Below the pieces are notes generated by a model. That model was not told the DNA's origin. It was given only the letters and a program-made list of their open reading frames with translations, and searched no databases. DNA of 39,116 bases. Source: a virus (lineage: Duplodnaviria; Caudoviricetes). The position numbers were made by a program, and so were the translations under genes. Location: positions 1 through 39,116 of IMG/VR virus record IMGVR_UViG_3300021133_000012. The stretch is one strand, 5' to 3'. Below, in pieces: positions 1 to 9,993 of this stretch; positions within the stretch are counted from its first letter, which is position 1; every line of letters starts with the position of its first letter.

Positions 1-1554
1 TTGTTCGCTCAATTCATGGGTCTTACCGTCTTCGATAGACTCTATACCGAGGGTAATGACCGTCTAAAAGAACTGTTAGTAATGATTAAGACCTATCGTA
101 ACGATGACTATACGAGTAAAATTCTAGAGTATCAGAACTTCTTGGAACAAGCCGAATTATTGTATGAATCGGAACAATTGTCGTTGGTTGAGGTAGGCAA
201 GAGACGTGATTTGATTCAACAATCCGTCCTCGAAACGACCAAGAAACTCATTAAGATTGATGGTGATATTCCAATGTTGGGATACAGCCAAATGATGTTA
301 CAGAAGGCCGAACTCGTTTTTAACGATTCAAAGAAGGACATTTCTAATAGGGAGTTAGGCATTGAAATTGTATCTGCGCAACTAGTACAAGTCGAATCGG
401 AGATAGCCAACCTCGAATCAAAGGACGTTTCCGAACTGTCGGCTCAGTTTAGAATGCTTCAATTAGACCAAAAAAACATAAACGATAAACGTGAACAATT
501 GAAGACAAGTTACCTACGAGATGTGAAAATTTTTGATAGGGCGAGAGATATCGATTACAATCCTGACTGCGAATTTTGCGTAAAACACGCTGGGTCAATT
601 GCGCAGGATGCCAAAGATGCAAAGGAAAGAATGGAAAAAATTCAAGTAGATGCATCTGAAATTAAGACCAAATTGGATGAAATTGAGTCTAAAATAGAGA
701 GCTCCCGATGGGCGTTTGATGCTAATTTGACACTGTTGGGATTATTATCTAAACGAAATACGTTGAAGGATAATAGAATAAAATTGACTGATGGAGTCAA
801 TTCATTGAGAAGAAATTTGTCTAAATTAGAAGACGAAGTAAAAAAACATAATCAGAATATTGAACTCTATAACAAGAACATAGAGTCAATGACGTTTAAT
901 GATGATGTCAAAAAACAGATTGTAGAATATGAAAAAGAATTGGTTCAAGTTGAATATTCATATAAAACCAAGACTAAAACGTTAATGGATATTAATAGTA
1001 AAATGTCCGTATGTAAGAATCAAATAAATGATATAAATAATACTATTTCAAAGATTAAACTCGTCGAAGAAGAACACAAACTTTATGAAATCTACTGCCA
1101 AGCGGTTAGCCGTGATGGAATTCCATTTGAAGTGATTACTGCCACAGTTCCAGAGATTCAGAATGAAGTTAACAGTATCTTGAGTCAGATTAGTGAGTTT
1201 ACTGCTTTATTTGAGACTGACGGTAAGAACATCATACCTTACATAGTTTATGATGACGGGCAGTGGTTAATGAGTTTGACGAGTGGATTTGAGAAGTTCG
1301 CCTTGTCTCTGGCTATCCGTGTGGCGTTGATTAACATATCAAACCTACCAAGACCGAACTTCCTTATCATAGACGAGGGGTTCGGGGTTCTAGACGCGGA
1401 GAATATGACCCAAATGAGTTCGTTATTTGGATACTTAAAGAGCCATTTTGACTTTATTATGATAGTGTCTCACCTTGAGGCTCTAAGGGATGTGGTTGAC
1501 AATCATATAGAAATAACCAAAGATAACGGATTTTCCAAGGTCAATTTCACGTAA
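1..1554 (+). CDS. SbcC/Rad50/T4 gp46-like recombination ATPase, C-terminal part (5' truncated by window edge)
   Basis: Long coiled coil with CEFC zinc hook, signature-like LTSGFEK, Walker B/D-loop LIIDEGFGVLD and H-loop IVSH. Walker A is absent, so the gene begins upstream. Confidence 0.9.
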   Translation: MFAQFMGLTVFDRLYTEGNDRLKELLVMIKTYRNDDYTSKILEYQNFLEQAELLYESEQLSLVEVGKRRDLIQQSVLETTKKLIKIDGDIPMLGYSQMMLQKAELVFNDSKKDISNRELGIEIVSAQLVQVESEIANLESKDVSELSAQFRMLQLDQKNINDKREQLKTSYLRDVKIFDRARDIDYNPDCEFCVKHAGSIAQDAKDAKERMEKIQVDASEIKTKLDEIESKIESSRWAFDANLTLLGLLSKRNTLKDNRIKLTDGVNSLRRNLSKLEDEVKKHNQNIELYNKNIESMTFNDDVKKQIVEYEKELVQVEYSYKTKTKTLMDINSKMSVCKNQINDINNTISKIKLVEEEHKLYEIYCQAVSRDGIPFEVITATVPEIQNEVNSILSQISEFTALFETDGKNIIPYIVYDDGQWLMSLTSGFEKFALSLAIRVALINISNLPRPNFLIIDEGFGVLDAENMTQMSSLFGYLKSHFDFIMIVSHLEALRDVVDNHIEITKDNGFSKVNFT

Positions 1555-1560
1555 TATGCC

Positions 1561-1568
1561 TATTTATA
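1561..1568 (+). promoter_or_regulatory. Putative late promoter motif TATTTATA
   Basis: Lies 3 nt before ATG 1572; the motif recurs before other structural genes. Confidence 0.55.
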
Positions 1569-1571
1569 GGC

Positions 1572-3815
1572 ATGGCATTAAACCTATTGGACAGTTTTGG
1601 CGCAAAAGGCGTATCATATGGATTATATACGGCGCACGCCGATGTAATTGATACGGAGTATCTTTCACGATACTTCGTAGTATCCGAATTCAATCCAACG
1701 TTCGCCGCTGGTAAAAATTCGTTTGCGGCGAACGGTTCTTCGTTTTTAGTTAATGGTGGAGAAATTTTGATAGAATGTCTGGATTCCACCGGAAAGAATC
1801 TTTTCATAGAAATGGCCACGTATTCGGATGTGACCAACGCAGCCGCTTATAAAGAAGCTACTTCACACGTTTTCTCCATTCACGTATATAATGATACGGC
1901 AGACGGTGTAGGCAAAGTAATTCTATACGGAACTCTCGTTGATGGTAGGTCTGTTAAGTGGATACAAAACATAACCATTAATAAAGCTCTAAAAAATCAC
2001 TCAAGAGCTAGATTTTATCAATCCCCAATCATAGAGGTAGATTCGGCTGAAATACCGATTCTTAGTTCTGTGGTTTCATCCGGACTCGTAAGTAATGAGA
2101 ACTTTACAGGAACTATCAACGGTTTAGCGATAAATCCTACATCGAATGTAAATTTTACAAATGTGAATAAAGCTACAACCGATGTAGATTATAGATTAAC
2201 TCTAATTACTCCTATAGTGACAAACGGGACTCCTGACTATAATGCCTTCAATTCTCAAATGGTCGGCGCAACTGTACATCTTAACATAAATACTATAAAG
2301 TCTCCGATATCACACGCCGATATCGCAGTGTCTCAGACCGCATCATATGTAATCAAGAATGTCATAAGTAATAATACTATTCAAATTGATATGCCGTATT
2401 ATTATACGGATTCATTCGGAAATAATTCCGTTACTAATATTACAAATGCAAATTTTTCTATACAGTATCCATTCATAAATTATAACAATGCTACATCTAG
2501 CTATCAAACAACTACAATCGGTGGAGTAACTTATATAGTAAAACAGTCATACGCCGATATAACTTATAGAAATATCAGAACATTTTCCGGATATGTGGCC
2601 CGTCATAAAATATATAGAAGGAGTTTATTATCTGGAGCCGACTTCACAGTCATATCAGATGAACCAATATCCACAAACCAAATACTACTAGATGCGTTGT
2701 CTCAAAATAAATTTTATGAGATATTAGGTAAATTTTATAATAGTCAACATATAGCTCGATACTGGTTCACCAGTTCCAATAATTTGTCATTGGTGCATTC
2801 TCCTAGTTATGCCGTAGATAGTATGTATATGTCGGCGTCAATTCCTCCGACAGGCAAAGACTATTTCATGGTAAAAAACGATTCGGTGGCAACTAATAGA
2901 GATGCTAATTATGTTCCATTCGACGTCAATCAATTTTTATCAGAATCCGGCTCTGCATATGATTCGAATTTCATGTTCATGAAAGCTAACGTTCAATATG
3001 CAATTGATATTTCCGCAGTAATAAATAAAAATCCAGCCGAGACAAATGCTAATCTGACATTTTATTTTACAAGTTCGGTACCGGCAGCCTCCAAAGACCC
3101 GGCGTATACAACTCAATATGGAATAAAAATTGCAGAATTACAAGCCAATCAAAGCAGTTCTATTGTAGATTTTACTGATGTTTACACGTTCTATACACCG
3201 AAGTCAGATTTGTATGGTACGTTGGTGGTAGTCCCTACATTGTGTAATGCATATATTAAAAATATCTCATTTAGTGTGTTCGGAGACGATGGATTTTCTC
3301 CTGATGTATATACCACTAGAATCCCTTGGCCCGTTAGTGTAGCTAACGAATGTTTTCAAATTAGAGCAGAATTATTTGACGTAAATAATAATTTAATTTA
3401 TTCGGATTTAAATGCATTACAAAATTTTGACCCGTCGGGTAGTACATTAATACCGTATATTCCCGGTGGAGGAAGTTATCAAGATTTACATGTGTCGGGA
3501 AGTTTATATGTGTCGCAAAGCGCAATAATCCAATTTGGAGATTTATACATACCAAATATAATAGCCAGACCAGGAATTCCAGATATAAGTCAAAGTAGAA
3601 TGTTATCTATCAGAGCTGACGGAGCTATAGTATTCGACCCAATAGTTGATATTACATCGGATAGTTCATATTTATATTTATCTTTAGGAGATGGAACTGA
3701 TAGATTGTCCACCACGGTCACAACTAAAAAATCATTGGCATCGGAATATGATTCATTGGCCGGAAGAAAAATATATTGGGTTGCGGGAGTTAAACAAATA
3801 GAGACTAGTCCGTAA
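1572..3815 (+). CDS. Hypothetical virion structural protein (beta-rich)
   Basis: 747 aa ORF rich in S/T/N/Y, preceded by the late motif and upstream of packaging genes; no catalytic motif recognised. Confidence 0.5.
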   Translation: MALNLLDSFGAKGVSYGLYTAHADVIDTEYLSRYFVVSEFNPTFAAGKNSFAANGSSFLVNGGEILIECLDSTGKNLFIEMATYSDVTNAAAYKEATSHVFSIHVYNDTADGVGKVILYGTLVDGRSVKWIQNITINKALKNHSRARFYQSPIIEVDSAEIPILSSVVSSGLVSNENFTGTINGLAINPTSNVNFTNVNKATTDVDYRLTLITPIVTNGTPDYNAFNSQMVGATVHLNINTIKSPISHADIAVSQTASYVIKNVISNNTIQIDMPYYYTDSFGNNSVTNITNANFSIQYPFINYNNATSSYQTTTIGGVTYIVKQSYADITYRNIRTFSGYVARHKIYRRSLLSGADFTVISDEPISTNQILLDALSQNKFYEILGKFYNSQHIARYWFTSSNNLSLVHSPSYAVDSMYMSASIPPTGKDYFMVKNDSVATNRDANYVPFDVNQFLSESGSAYDSNFMFMKANVQYAIDISAVINKNPAETNANLTFYFTSSVPAASKDPAYTTQYGIKIAELQANQSSSIVDFTDVYTFYTPKSDLYGTLVVVPTLCNAYIKNISFSVFGDDGFSPDVYTTRIPWPVSVANECFQIRAELFDVNNNLIYSDLNALQNFDPSGSTLIPYIPGGGSYQDLHVSGSLYVSQSAIIQFGDLYIPNIIARPGIPDISQSRMLSIRADGAIVFDPIVDITSDSSYLYLSLGDGTDRLSTTVTTKKSLASEYDSLAGRKIYWVAGVKQIETSP

Positions 3816-3876
3816 CTATCTTATTATAAATACAATAATACTATTTCGTACACTATATAATACAAAGGAATAATTT

Positions 3877-4494
3877 ATGGCTAGAAGACGTTGGAATATA
3901 GAAACTATTAAACAAGTTGTTGATGGAGAAAATCCATTCATTCAAGTGGGGTATACCCCGGAATCTAATCAAAAACGAAAAGAAGGCGATGTATGGAAAG
4001 ATTCTAAAGGTAAAAAGTGGACTAAAAAGAATGGTAGAAAAGAGCCAATGAGTTCTACTGATACTCCTATGATTGATGCTATTAATACAGCATCGAAATG
4101 TTCGGATTGTGGTATGAACGTTAGAGTCTTTGGAAATAAATTAGATAAAAAAGTATTTCCTAGAACTAGTAAATGTTATGATTGTTTAGAAAAAGAAGAG
4201 ATGGTGTATCGTCTTACAGGAAAATGGGACAATTATGAAAAGATGAAACTCCTTAAAAATAGACGTGGGGTATTAAAAGATTTTAGAGAAAAAGTTTTAG
4301 AAGCGATTCATTTTCTACAAAATGAAACTGGAAAAATAAAAGAATCGTTGCCTGATGGTACTGAGATAACATTTTCAGGAACATCAAATCCTCAGTGGTT
4401 GCCTGATGCTGAATTGGATTTGGTTAAGGTTGATGTCGAATTAAAGACTATAACCGAAGAGATAGATGAATTTGAATTGTCATTGAAGAAATAA
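3877..4494 (+). CDS. Hypothetical protein with two CxxC motifs upstream of terminase (possible small terminase/packaging factor)
   Basis: AAAGGA SD upstream, CSDC and CYDC motifs, 1 nt from the terminase start. Function inferred from position only. Confidence 0.45.
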   Translation: MARRRWNIETIKQVVDGENPFIQVGYTPESNQKRKEGDVWKDSKGKKWTKKNGRKEPMSSTDTPMIDAINTASKCSDCGMNVRVFGNKLDKKVFPRTSKCYDCLEKEEMVYRLTGKWDNYEKMKLLKNRRGVLKDFREKVLEAIHFLQNETGKIKESLPDGTEITFSGTSNPQWLPDAELDLVKVDVELKTITEEIDEFELSLKK

Positions 4495-4495
4495 T

Positions 4496-6112
4496 ATGTC
4501 GACCCAACCGAAATTAAATTTAAGAGATGTAATACGTGAAGAAACTAAAAAATGCATGGAAGACCCGATATATTTCATGCGAAAGTATGTTAAAATTCAA
4601 CATCCAAATAAGGGAACTATACCCTTTAATTTATTTCCATTTCAAGAGGACGCACTTCAACATTTTCATGATGATAGATTCCTTTTAATTTTAAAATCTC
4701 GTCAATTGGGTATTACTACATTAGTGGCCGCATATTCTTTATGGTTGTCGATTTTTAATAGTGATAAGAGCGTTCTTATTATTTCCATCAAACAAGAAGT
4801 TTCAAAGGAAATTGTAACTAAAGTTCGTTTTGCCAATGAACACTTACCATCGTGGTTGAAGGTAAAAGAAACTACTAACAATCATATGTCTCTTAGGTTT
4901 GAAAATGGTTCGCAGGTGGCTGCTACTTCATCATCCAGAGACGCCGGCCGTTCTAAGGCGTTGAGTCTTTTGATTATCGACGAAGCGGCATTCATCGACG
5001 AAGCAGAAGATATTTGGACTTCGTGTTATAATACCCTTTCGACTGGTGGTAGAGCCATTGTTCTTTCTACTCCTAACGGTGTTGGTAATTGGTTCCATAA
5101 GATGTGGGTAAATGCCGAGAAGAAGAAGAACGATTTTACGACATTGAAACTTCCTTGGCAATTACATCCTGAACGTAATCAACATTGGAGAGATGAGCAG
5201 ACGAAACAATTAGGCGTAAAGGGAGCCAATCAGGAGTGTGACTGCGATTTCTTGTCATCAGGAACTAACGTTGTAGATTTGATGATTCTTAAAGAATATG
5301 AAGAAAATCCAGAAATGATTTTTGACAGGATAGAGGCATACCGAGGCGAAGAATGGTGGATATTTAAACAACCGGAAGACGGCCATAGTTATATTACTTG
5401 CGCAGACCCTGCTCGTGGTGATGGTTTAGATTACTCCGCAGCTCATATCATCGATGTAGATACTTTGGAACAGGTTGCCGAATATCACGGCCAACTATCA
5501 ATGAAAGACTTCGGCAATGAACTTGTAATTATGTCCACAAAATACAACGATGCCTTGTTGATTGTAGAATATAACGGACTCGGGCCAGCAGTATTACAAC
5601 AAATCATCGACCGTGAGTATAAAAACACATTTTATAGTAGTTTGGATTTGAAAATCATTGAAGTCCACAGACAACTTACCAATCGATTCAACGCAGAAGA
5701 CAAAAAGTTGAAACCAGGATTTACAACCACCATCAGTACAAGGCCGGTTATTATTTCAAAGATGGAGGCATATTTTAGAGAAAGGTCGGTTATTATTCAT
5801 TCATCAAGATTAATCGAAGAATTAAAGACATTTATTTGGGATAATGGTAAGGCCCAAGCAGCTGAGAATTATAATGATGATTTGGTAATGTCATTCGCTA
5901 TCGGGCTTTGGGTTAGAGATACCGCACTAAGACTGCGTTCAGATGGTATTCTCTTGACTAAAACTATGTTAGATAAAATACACGTTAGTCAAAACAATAC
6001 CGCAACTCCAGTCTATAAAGCTGGTATGCAATCGACTGGTAGGGATTACTGGCAAATGAAAACAGGAGGTAAACCGGGAGATGTTACGTCTTTAACGTGG
6101 CTTTTACGATAA
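4496..6112 (+). CDS. terL: Terminase large subunit (T4 gp17-like)
   Basis: Walker A LKSRQLGITT, Walker B LIIDEAAFI, motif III LSTPNG, RNase H-like nuclease motifs ADPARGDGLDYS and NDDLVMS. Confidence 0.95.
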   Translation: MSTQPKLNLRDVIREETKKCMEDPIYFMRKYVKIQHPNKGTIPFNLFPFQEDALQHFHDDRFLLILKSRQLGITTLVAAYSLWLSIFNSDKSVLIISIKQEVSKEIVTKVRFANEHLPSWLKVKETTNNHMSLRFENGSQVAATSSSRDAGRSKALSLLIIDEAAFIDEAEDIWTSCYNTLSTGGRAIVLSTPNGVGNWFHKMWVNAEKKKNDFTTLKLPWQLHPERNQHWRDEQTKQLGVKGANQECDCDFLSSGTNVVDLMILKEYEENPEMIFDRIEAYRGEEWWIFKQPEDGHSYITCADPARGDGLDYSAAHIIDVDTLEQVAEYHGQLSMKDFGNELVIMSTKYNDALLIVEYNGLGPAVLQQIIDREYKNTFYSSLDLKIIEVHRQLTNRFNAEDKKLKPGFTTTISTRPVIISKMEAYFRERSVIIHSSRLIEELKTFIWDNGKAQAAENYNDDLVMSFAIGLWVRDTALRLRSDGILLTKTMLDKIHVSQNNTATPVYKAGMQSTGRDYWQMKTGGKPGDVTSLTWLLR

Positions 6113-6120
6113 TCTATGTG

Positions 6121-6128
6121 TATTTATT
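6121..6128 (+). promoter_or_regulatory. Putative late promoter motif TATTTATT for portal gene
   Basis: Intergenic; followed by a CA-rich leader and AAAGGA SD (6151-6156) before ATG 6164. Confidence 0.5.
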
Positions 6129-6163
6129 ACACAACACAACACACACATTGAAAGGATATTAAT

Positions 6164-8227
6164 ATGGCAAACGGACCAATACGACCAGAAGTTAACGTAG
6201 ATAACGATGAGATTGATGTAAAACAAAAATCGTTGTTCGCTCGTCTAAAAAAATTATTTTCTGCAGGTGTAGTAGTAAGAAACGTCGGTGGCAAGAAACT
6301 TAAAGTTAAAGATACCAGCGATTTGATGTATGCGACGGATAGAAACAGTCTACGTGACCGTTTTAATAGAGTTCGTTCTACCTCATATAACGCTTATACT
6401 AGAGATTTTTCATTAGCATATCAAGCAGCCCGTATCGATTTATTTAGAGATTATGATACGATGGATATGGACCCTATCTTGGCGTCTGCGTTGGATATCT
6501 ACGCAGATGAATCTACAACTCCGAATGAATTAGGTAAAATTTTAGTGGTAAATGCTGACGATGCTAATATAAAAGGTATTCTAGAAAACTTATTTTATGA
6601 TATTTTAAATATCGAACATAATATTTGGTCTTGGACTAGAAATTTATGTAAATATGGCGATTTCTACATGAGACTTTATGTATCACCTGAATATGGAGTT
6701 TACCAAATTGAACCGATTTCCGCTTACAATGTTGAACGTCTTGAAAACACAGACCCACTCAACAAGAACTATGTTAAGTTCCAAATCCGTCCTACCGATA
6801 CATCCCAAGTAGAAACTTTAGAATTTTTCGAATGTGCGCATTTTAGATTGTTATCTGATTCAAATTTCTTACCATATGGTAAGGCAATGGTAGAAGGCGC
6901 ACGTAGAGTTTGGAAACAGCTGTCATTGATGGAAGATGCTATGTTAATCCATCGTATTATGAGAGCTCCTGAAAAGCGTATCTTTAAGTTGGATGTTGGT
7001 AATATTCCACCACAAGATGTTGATAGTTTCATGGAAAAGGCCATCAGTAAGATGAAGAAGGTTCCTTATCTCGACCCACAAACCGGCGACTACAATCTTA
7101 GATTTAATCTTCAAAACATGGTAGAAGATTTTTATCTTCCTGTTCGTGGTAGTGATAGTGGTACATCCATTGATACGTTATCAGGCATGGAATTTACAGG
7201 TATTGACGATATCGAATACCTTCGTAATAAGTTAATGTCTGCCCTTAAAATTCCTAAGGCATTCTTAGGATATGAAGAAGAATTATCAGGTAAGGCTACA
7301 TTAGCATCAGAAGATGTTCGTTTCGCTAGAACGATTGGACGTATTCAACGATGCCTCATATCTGAATTAGAGAAAATTGCCATAGTCCATTTATATTCTC
7401 AAGGATATAGAGACGAGACGTTGGTCAATTTTAAATTAGAACTTACCAATCCATCTACTATCTTTGAAAAAGAAAAGATTGAAGTTTGGGGCAATAAGAC
7501 TGAGTTGGCCAAGAACATGATGGAAAATAAATTATTTTCAAAAGCCTGGATTTACAAAAACGTATTCAATCTTTCAAAAAATGACTCGGATGAATTACTA
7601 GACCAAATTGTCGAAGATTCTAAACAAATGTGGAGATTTAAATCAATTGAAGAAGAAGGTAATGACCCGGCAAAGCCATTTCAAAAGATTAATCCTCAGG
7701 CCGCTGGTGGAGAAGGTGGCGGCGGCATGGGTGGTGACATGGGCGGCCCTCCAATGGATTTGGGCGGTGGTGGTCCCGGAGAAGAGTTGCCTGATTTAGG
7801 CGGCGGCCTTCCTCCATTACAAGAAGCTAGGGTCAAAGGCAAGGTAAATAACTTCAAATGGAATCAGATGAAAAAATCTGAAATGAATGGTAGTGGAAGC
7901 ATGGATGAAGTACAAGGAGAACATGCGGATGACTATGAAAGACCGTCTCAAGCAGGCGAACACGATGCAAGAGAACAACACCCATTTGGAGAAGACCCGT
8001 TGGGAAATTTAGAAAATAACAGGTCCGCTAGAAAAGGACACGACTCTTTGACTCCTAAATGGAGTAAAAATTCACCATTAAGTCTAGAAACGCTAGAACG
8101 AGGTAGTTTATTACAAAGTCTAGGGTCTTATTTGAAGTCAAAATCGGAAAAGAAAGAGTTAATAAAAGAGTCAAAAGAGTCGGGTAATAAATCCCTTCTC
8201 GATGAAAGTAACATAATTGCAGAATAA
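6164..8227 (+). CDS. Portal protein (T4 gp20-like) with Gly/Pro-rich C-terminal extension
   Basis: YDTMDMDPILASALDIYADE, LMEDAMLIHRIMRAPEKRIFKLDVGNIP and EDFYLPVRG motifs typical of gp20-type portals; follows terL. Confidence 0.93.
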   Translation: MANGPIRPEVNVDNDEIDVKQKSLFARLKKLFSAGVVVRNVGGKKLKVKDTSDLMYATDRNSLRDRFNRVRSTSYNAYTRDFSLAYQAARIDLFRDYDTMDMDPILASALDIYADESTTPNELGKILVVNADDANIKGILENLFYDILNIEHNIWSWTRNLCKYGDFYMRLYVSPEYGVYQIEPISAYNVERLENTDPLNKNYVKFQIRPTDTSQVETLEFFECAHFRLLSDSNFLPYGKAMVEGARRVWKQLSLMEDAMLIHRIMRAPEKRIFKLDVGNIPPQDVDSFMEKAISKMKKVPYLDPQTGDYNLRFNLQNMVEDFYLPVRGSDSGTSIDTLSGMEFTGIDDIEYLRNKLMSALKIPKAFLGYEEELSGKATLASEDVRFARTIGRIQRCLISELEKIAIVHLYSQGYRDETLVNFKLELTNPSTIFEKEKIEVWGNKTELAKNMMENKLFSKAWIYKNVFNLSKNDSDELLDQIVEDSKQMWRFKSIEEEGNDPAKPFQKINPQAAGGEGGGGMGGDMGGPPMDLGGGGPGEELPDLGGGLPPLQEARVKGKVNNFKWNQMKKSEMNGSGSMDEVQGEHADDYERPSQAGEHDAREQHPFGEDPLGNLENNRSARKGHDSLTPKWSKNSPLSLETLERGSLLQSLGSYLKSKSEKKELIKESKESGNKSLLDESNIIAE

Positions 8228-8258
8228 TGAAATAATACATTTTCACGTATTATGTATA

Positions 8259-8266
8259 TATTTATA
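8259..8266 (+). promoter_or_regulatory. Putative late promoter motif TATTTATA
   Basis: Intergenic, 23 nt upstream of ATG 8290. Confidence 0.45.
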
Positions 8267-8289
8267 AATTATGTGGAAGAGTTGAACAT

Positions 8290-9177
8290 ATGCTTAAAAA
8301 ATTACGCCATTCAAAGTTTAAAAACACCGGTATTTTGTTTGAATTATTAACACGACAATTGACTGCGGACATCATGGCCGGAAAAGAAGGTTCCGATGCC
8401 AAGGATTTACTCTTCAAGTATTTCAAAGAAAATACGGAATTGGGTAGGGAATGGAGACTATATAATTTTCTTTTATCGGAAAAAAAGCGTGACAATTCGG
8501 ACGCGGATAGATTTTTATCAGTCATCGTCGAACAACGTAAAAAACTTAGTACATCTAAGTTGACCAAAGAAAAATACGAACTAATTAAAGAAATTAAAGA
8601 ACTCTATCCAATAGACGATTTCCTAAAATCTAGTATCAAGGATTATAGAAGTTTAGCTTCCATATTTAAACTTTTTGAAGATGCGTCGTCTAAAGACCTT
8701 AAATTTGACGTCCAAGAAATTTATCAGGCAAAAACCTGCATCATAGAGAACATTGTTAATAAACCTAAGAAGGCCAATGAGGATGATGATATTCTAAGTT
8801 TCTATGCCCAACAGAACGAAGACGTCCGTCTTTTATCATATCGTATTTTAGTCGAAGGAATGAATAAGAAATATAAAGACTTGGATGATAATCAGAAGAA
8901 CGTTCTACGTGAATATATAAATAATATTTCTAATACCAATTCTCTCGGAACATTTATCGTATCACAAGTCGATAATGTAAAACGACAGTTGGGGGTGTTA
9001 TCATCTAAAATCAATGATAACGATGTGATTCAAATTAAAATCAATGAAGTAATTCGTCAGTTGGATAAAATAAAACCACAATCAAATAAAATTGTAAAAG
9101 ACAATCAAGTAATGGTAGTGTTACTTTCATATGAATTGTTAAAAGAAATCAATAATCAAGTCGAAAATAAAAAATGA
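8290..9177 (+). CDS. Hypothetical helical protein of the head module
   Basis: 295 aa ORF directly after portal; its end overlaps the next gene's start. Confidence 0.6.
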   Translation: MLKKLRHSKFKNTGILFELLTRQLTADIMAGKEGSDAKDLLFKYFKENTELGREWRLYNFLLSEKKRDNSDADRFLSVIVEQRKKLSTSKLTKEKYELIKEIKELYPIDDFLKSSIKDYRSLASIFKLFEDASSKDLKFDVQEIYQAKTCIIENIVNKPKKANEDDDILSFYAQQNEDVRLLSYRILVEGMNKKYKDLDDNQKNVLREYINNISNTNSLGTFIVSQVDNVKRQLGVLSSKINDNDVIQIKINEVIRQLDKIKPQSNKIVKDNQVMVVLLSYELLKEINNQVENKK

Positions 9178-9992
9178 AAAAATCATCTCTTAAATCGTTA
9201 ATACGACACATCATTAAAGAATCGACTGGAAAACTAGGCGAAGGTCAACCTATTGGTGGAGTAAAAAATGACCACGACTTTGATGCTGGAAGACAGAATG
9301 TAATGAAAGCAGTCAATGTTGGCGAATCCACAGGTAACAATGGATGTAATTGTGGCAGTGGATTACATAGTCAGTGGGTTAATGATGCGCAGGGAATACC
9401 ATTATGTAAAGTTTGTTCTAAGTGTAAGACTCAGAAACTTTCCAGATATCGTCCTGAAATTCTTAGAGGATATGACCAATCCGATGTAGATGAACCAATT
9501 GAACCGGAAAATGAAGCTATAGGAATGGATGGCAAATATAATGACGATATGGAAAGCGGCGTAGCAGTAAAGAAATTACACGGATTAGATGAAGCCGACG
9601 AAGAATCTAAAGAATCCGTTAAAATGAATTCTTTAAAATCATATCATGACGTCGGGGTAAAATGTGGAGCTGCACAGAAGAATCGAGATACTGGATTAGT
9701 TTCTCATTTTTTAAATTGGTTTAATAAAGCTATAATATTAGAAAAAGATGGGCAATATGCTTTACAGGCCAGACGTGAATTTAATATCGGATATAAAGAA
9801 GGAACCGGTTCTCCAAGACCACAATATTTTAAAGAGACGGAAACCGAAAATGATATAAATGAAGAAACAGGTACAGGCGCAGTAGGTGGATATTCTACCC
9901 CATTTGCGTTTAGTAAAAAGAAGGGTGGTAGTAAAAGGGCAATGGACGTGACTACTAAGATGGGATACAAAAAAGTAAAAGATATAGATTAA
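9174..9992 (+). CDS. Putative internal head (poly)protein with Cys-cluster module
   Basis: Leader MKKSSLKSLIRHIIKE, several [LIV]xE sites, CNCGSG...CKVCSKC cluster, C-terminal EETGTGAVGGYSTPFAF. Confidence 0.5.
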   Translation: MKKSSLKSLIRHIIKESTGKLGEGQPIGGVKNDHDFDAGRQNVMKAVNVGESTGNNGCNCGSGLHSQWVNDAQGIPLCKVCSKCKTQKLSRYRPEILRGYDQSDVDEPIEPENEAIGMDGKYNDDMESGVAVKKLHGLDEADEESKESVKMNSLKSYHDVGVKCGAAQKNRDTGLVSHFLNWFNKAIILEKDGQYALQARREFNIGYKEGTGSPRPQYFKETETENDINEETGTGAVGGYSTPFAFSKKKGGSKRAMDVTTKMGYKKVKDID

Positions 9993-9993
9993 T

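Noticed and set aside
3824-3832. TATAAATA on the plus strand as a canonical T4 late promoter
   Set aside because: Isolated sense-strand instance in an AT-rich gap; the recurring positional motif elsewhere has the opposite orientation.
4496-6112. Intein or intron in terminase
   Set aside because: Length and motif spacing are normal; no splicing motifs seen.
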